Source: Candidatus Multivoradales bacterium
GTDB lineage: Bacteria; Acidobacteriota; Thermoanaerobaculia; Multivoradales; J023
Assembly: GCA_965248925.1 (NCBI GenBank)
Contig: CBDFLE010000006.1
Location: 2,016,001-2,080,000, forward strand
Direction of reading: 5' to 3'
Length of the DNA: 64,000 nucleotides
The notes beneath the pieces were generated by a model. That model worked only from the letters and a program-made list of their open reading frames with translations. It did not search any database and had not been told where the DNA came from. Below are positions 63,552 through 64,000 of this stretch, piece after piece. The position numbers and the translations under genes are program-made. Each line of letters begins with the position of its first letter. Within the stretch, counting starts at the first letter, position 1.

Positions 63552-64000
63552 TCCTCGATCGGCGCCAAGACGGCCTTGAAATAGGCCAGCTCCGCGGGAC
63601 TCAGGCGGCTCTCAGGAAGACGGAACCGCTCACCCACCGCCGGCAGCGGTGCCTTGACTCGCGACAGCGATAACCGCAACGCACCGCAGTCCATCGGCAA
63701 CAACTTGCCGAAGAGTTGACAGACGCCAACCAGTTGGCTGGCCAAGTCGCTGTCGATCTCGAGACTGACCTCGGCCGGTGCTTCGAGCACGGTCAAGATC
63801 AGCTCATCGGAACCCTGCTCGATCTTGATCCGCCCTGCCAATCGCAAGGTCTGTCGAGGCAACACGACTTCGTCGTCGAAATTGCTGCCGATGCCAGCGC
63901 TTTCGAGCCGGGCTTCGAGCAAGCCCTCGCCATCGAGGTCGACCTCGATCGATGCCCGCGCCACGCCACCGCCCTCGGCGCTCAGCCAAAAGCGGTTGCC
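63527..64000 (-). CDS. Partial hypothetical protein (5' end beyond window)
   Basis: The frame of ORF 63527..63964 stays open to 64000; no family recognised. Confidence 0.65.
   Translation of the reverse strand, partial: GNRFWLSAEGGGVARASIEVDLDGEGLLEARLESAGIGSNFDDEVVLPRQTLRLAGRIKIEQGSDELILTVLEAPAEVSLEIDSDLASQLVGVCQLFGKLLPMDCGALRLSLSRVKAPLPAVGERFRLPESRLSPAELAYFKAVLAPIEDQVSHDKP

Overview
GC-rich bacterial chromosome window. The gene content (GWxTD-VWA proteins, Oar-type TonB receptor, IPTL-CTERM and C-terminal IFADGFE proteins) suggests Acidobacteriota, possibly Thermoanaerobaculia; this is inference. From left to right it holds: an Rrf2 regulator facing a partial unknown gene across a clear sigma70 promoter and palindrome; an ORF-less 5' remnant of a group IIC intron directly behind a terminator; two tandem lysyl-endopeptidase-like surface proteases; a purine catabolism cluster (three-subunit xanthine dehydrogenase, CitE/HpcH-like enzyme, allantoicase, allantoinase, OHCU decarboxylase, HIU hydrolase) interleaved with secreted-protein genes; a compositionally distinct three-gene cassette (Cys/Trp-rich secreted micro-peptide, putative beta-propeller, large carboxypeptidase-regulatory-repeat protein); and MlaEFD-PqiC. 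The right half is mostly housekeeping (cysteine desulfurase, maf, msrP, manC, trmB, folK, lolA-like, yajC-secDF, xseAB) plus signalling genes (FHA, GAF-GGDEF-degenerate EAL, orphan LytS kinase behind a TonB receptor, STAND-like TPR protein). A RelE/ParE toxin-antitoxin module sits between two copies of a gene 3' end. The best candidate for an undescribed system is the peptide/propeller/beta-sandwich cassette at about 20.76-25.31 kb. No rRNA, tRNA or CRISPR array was recognised. All family assignments come from motif recognition by eye; no searches were run.
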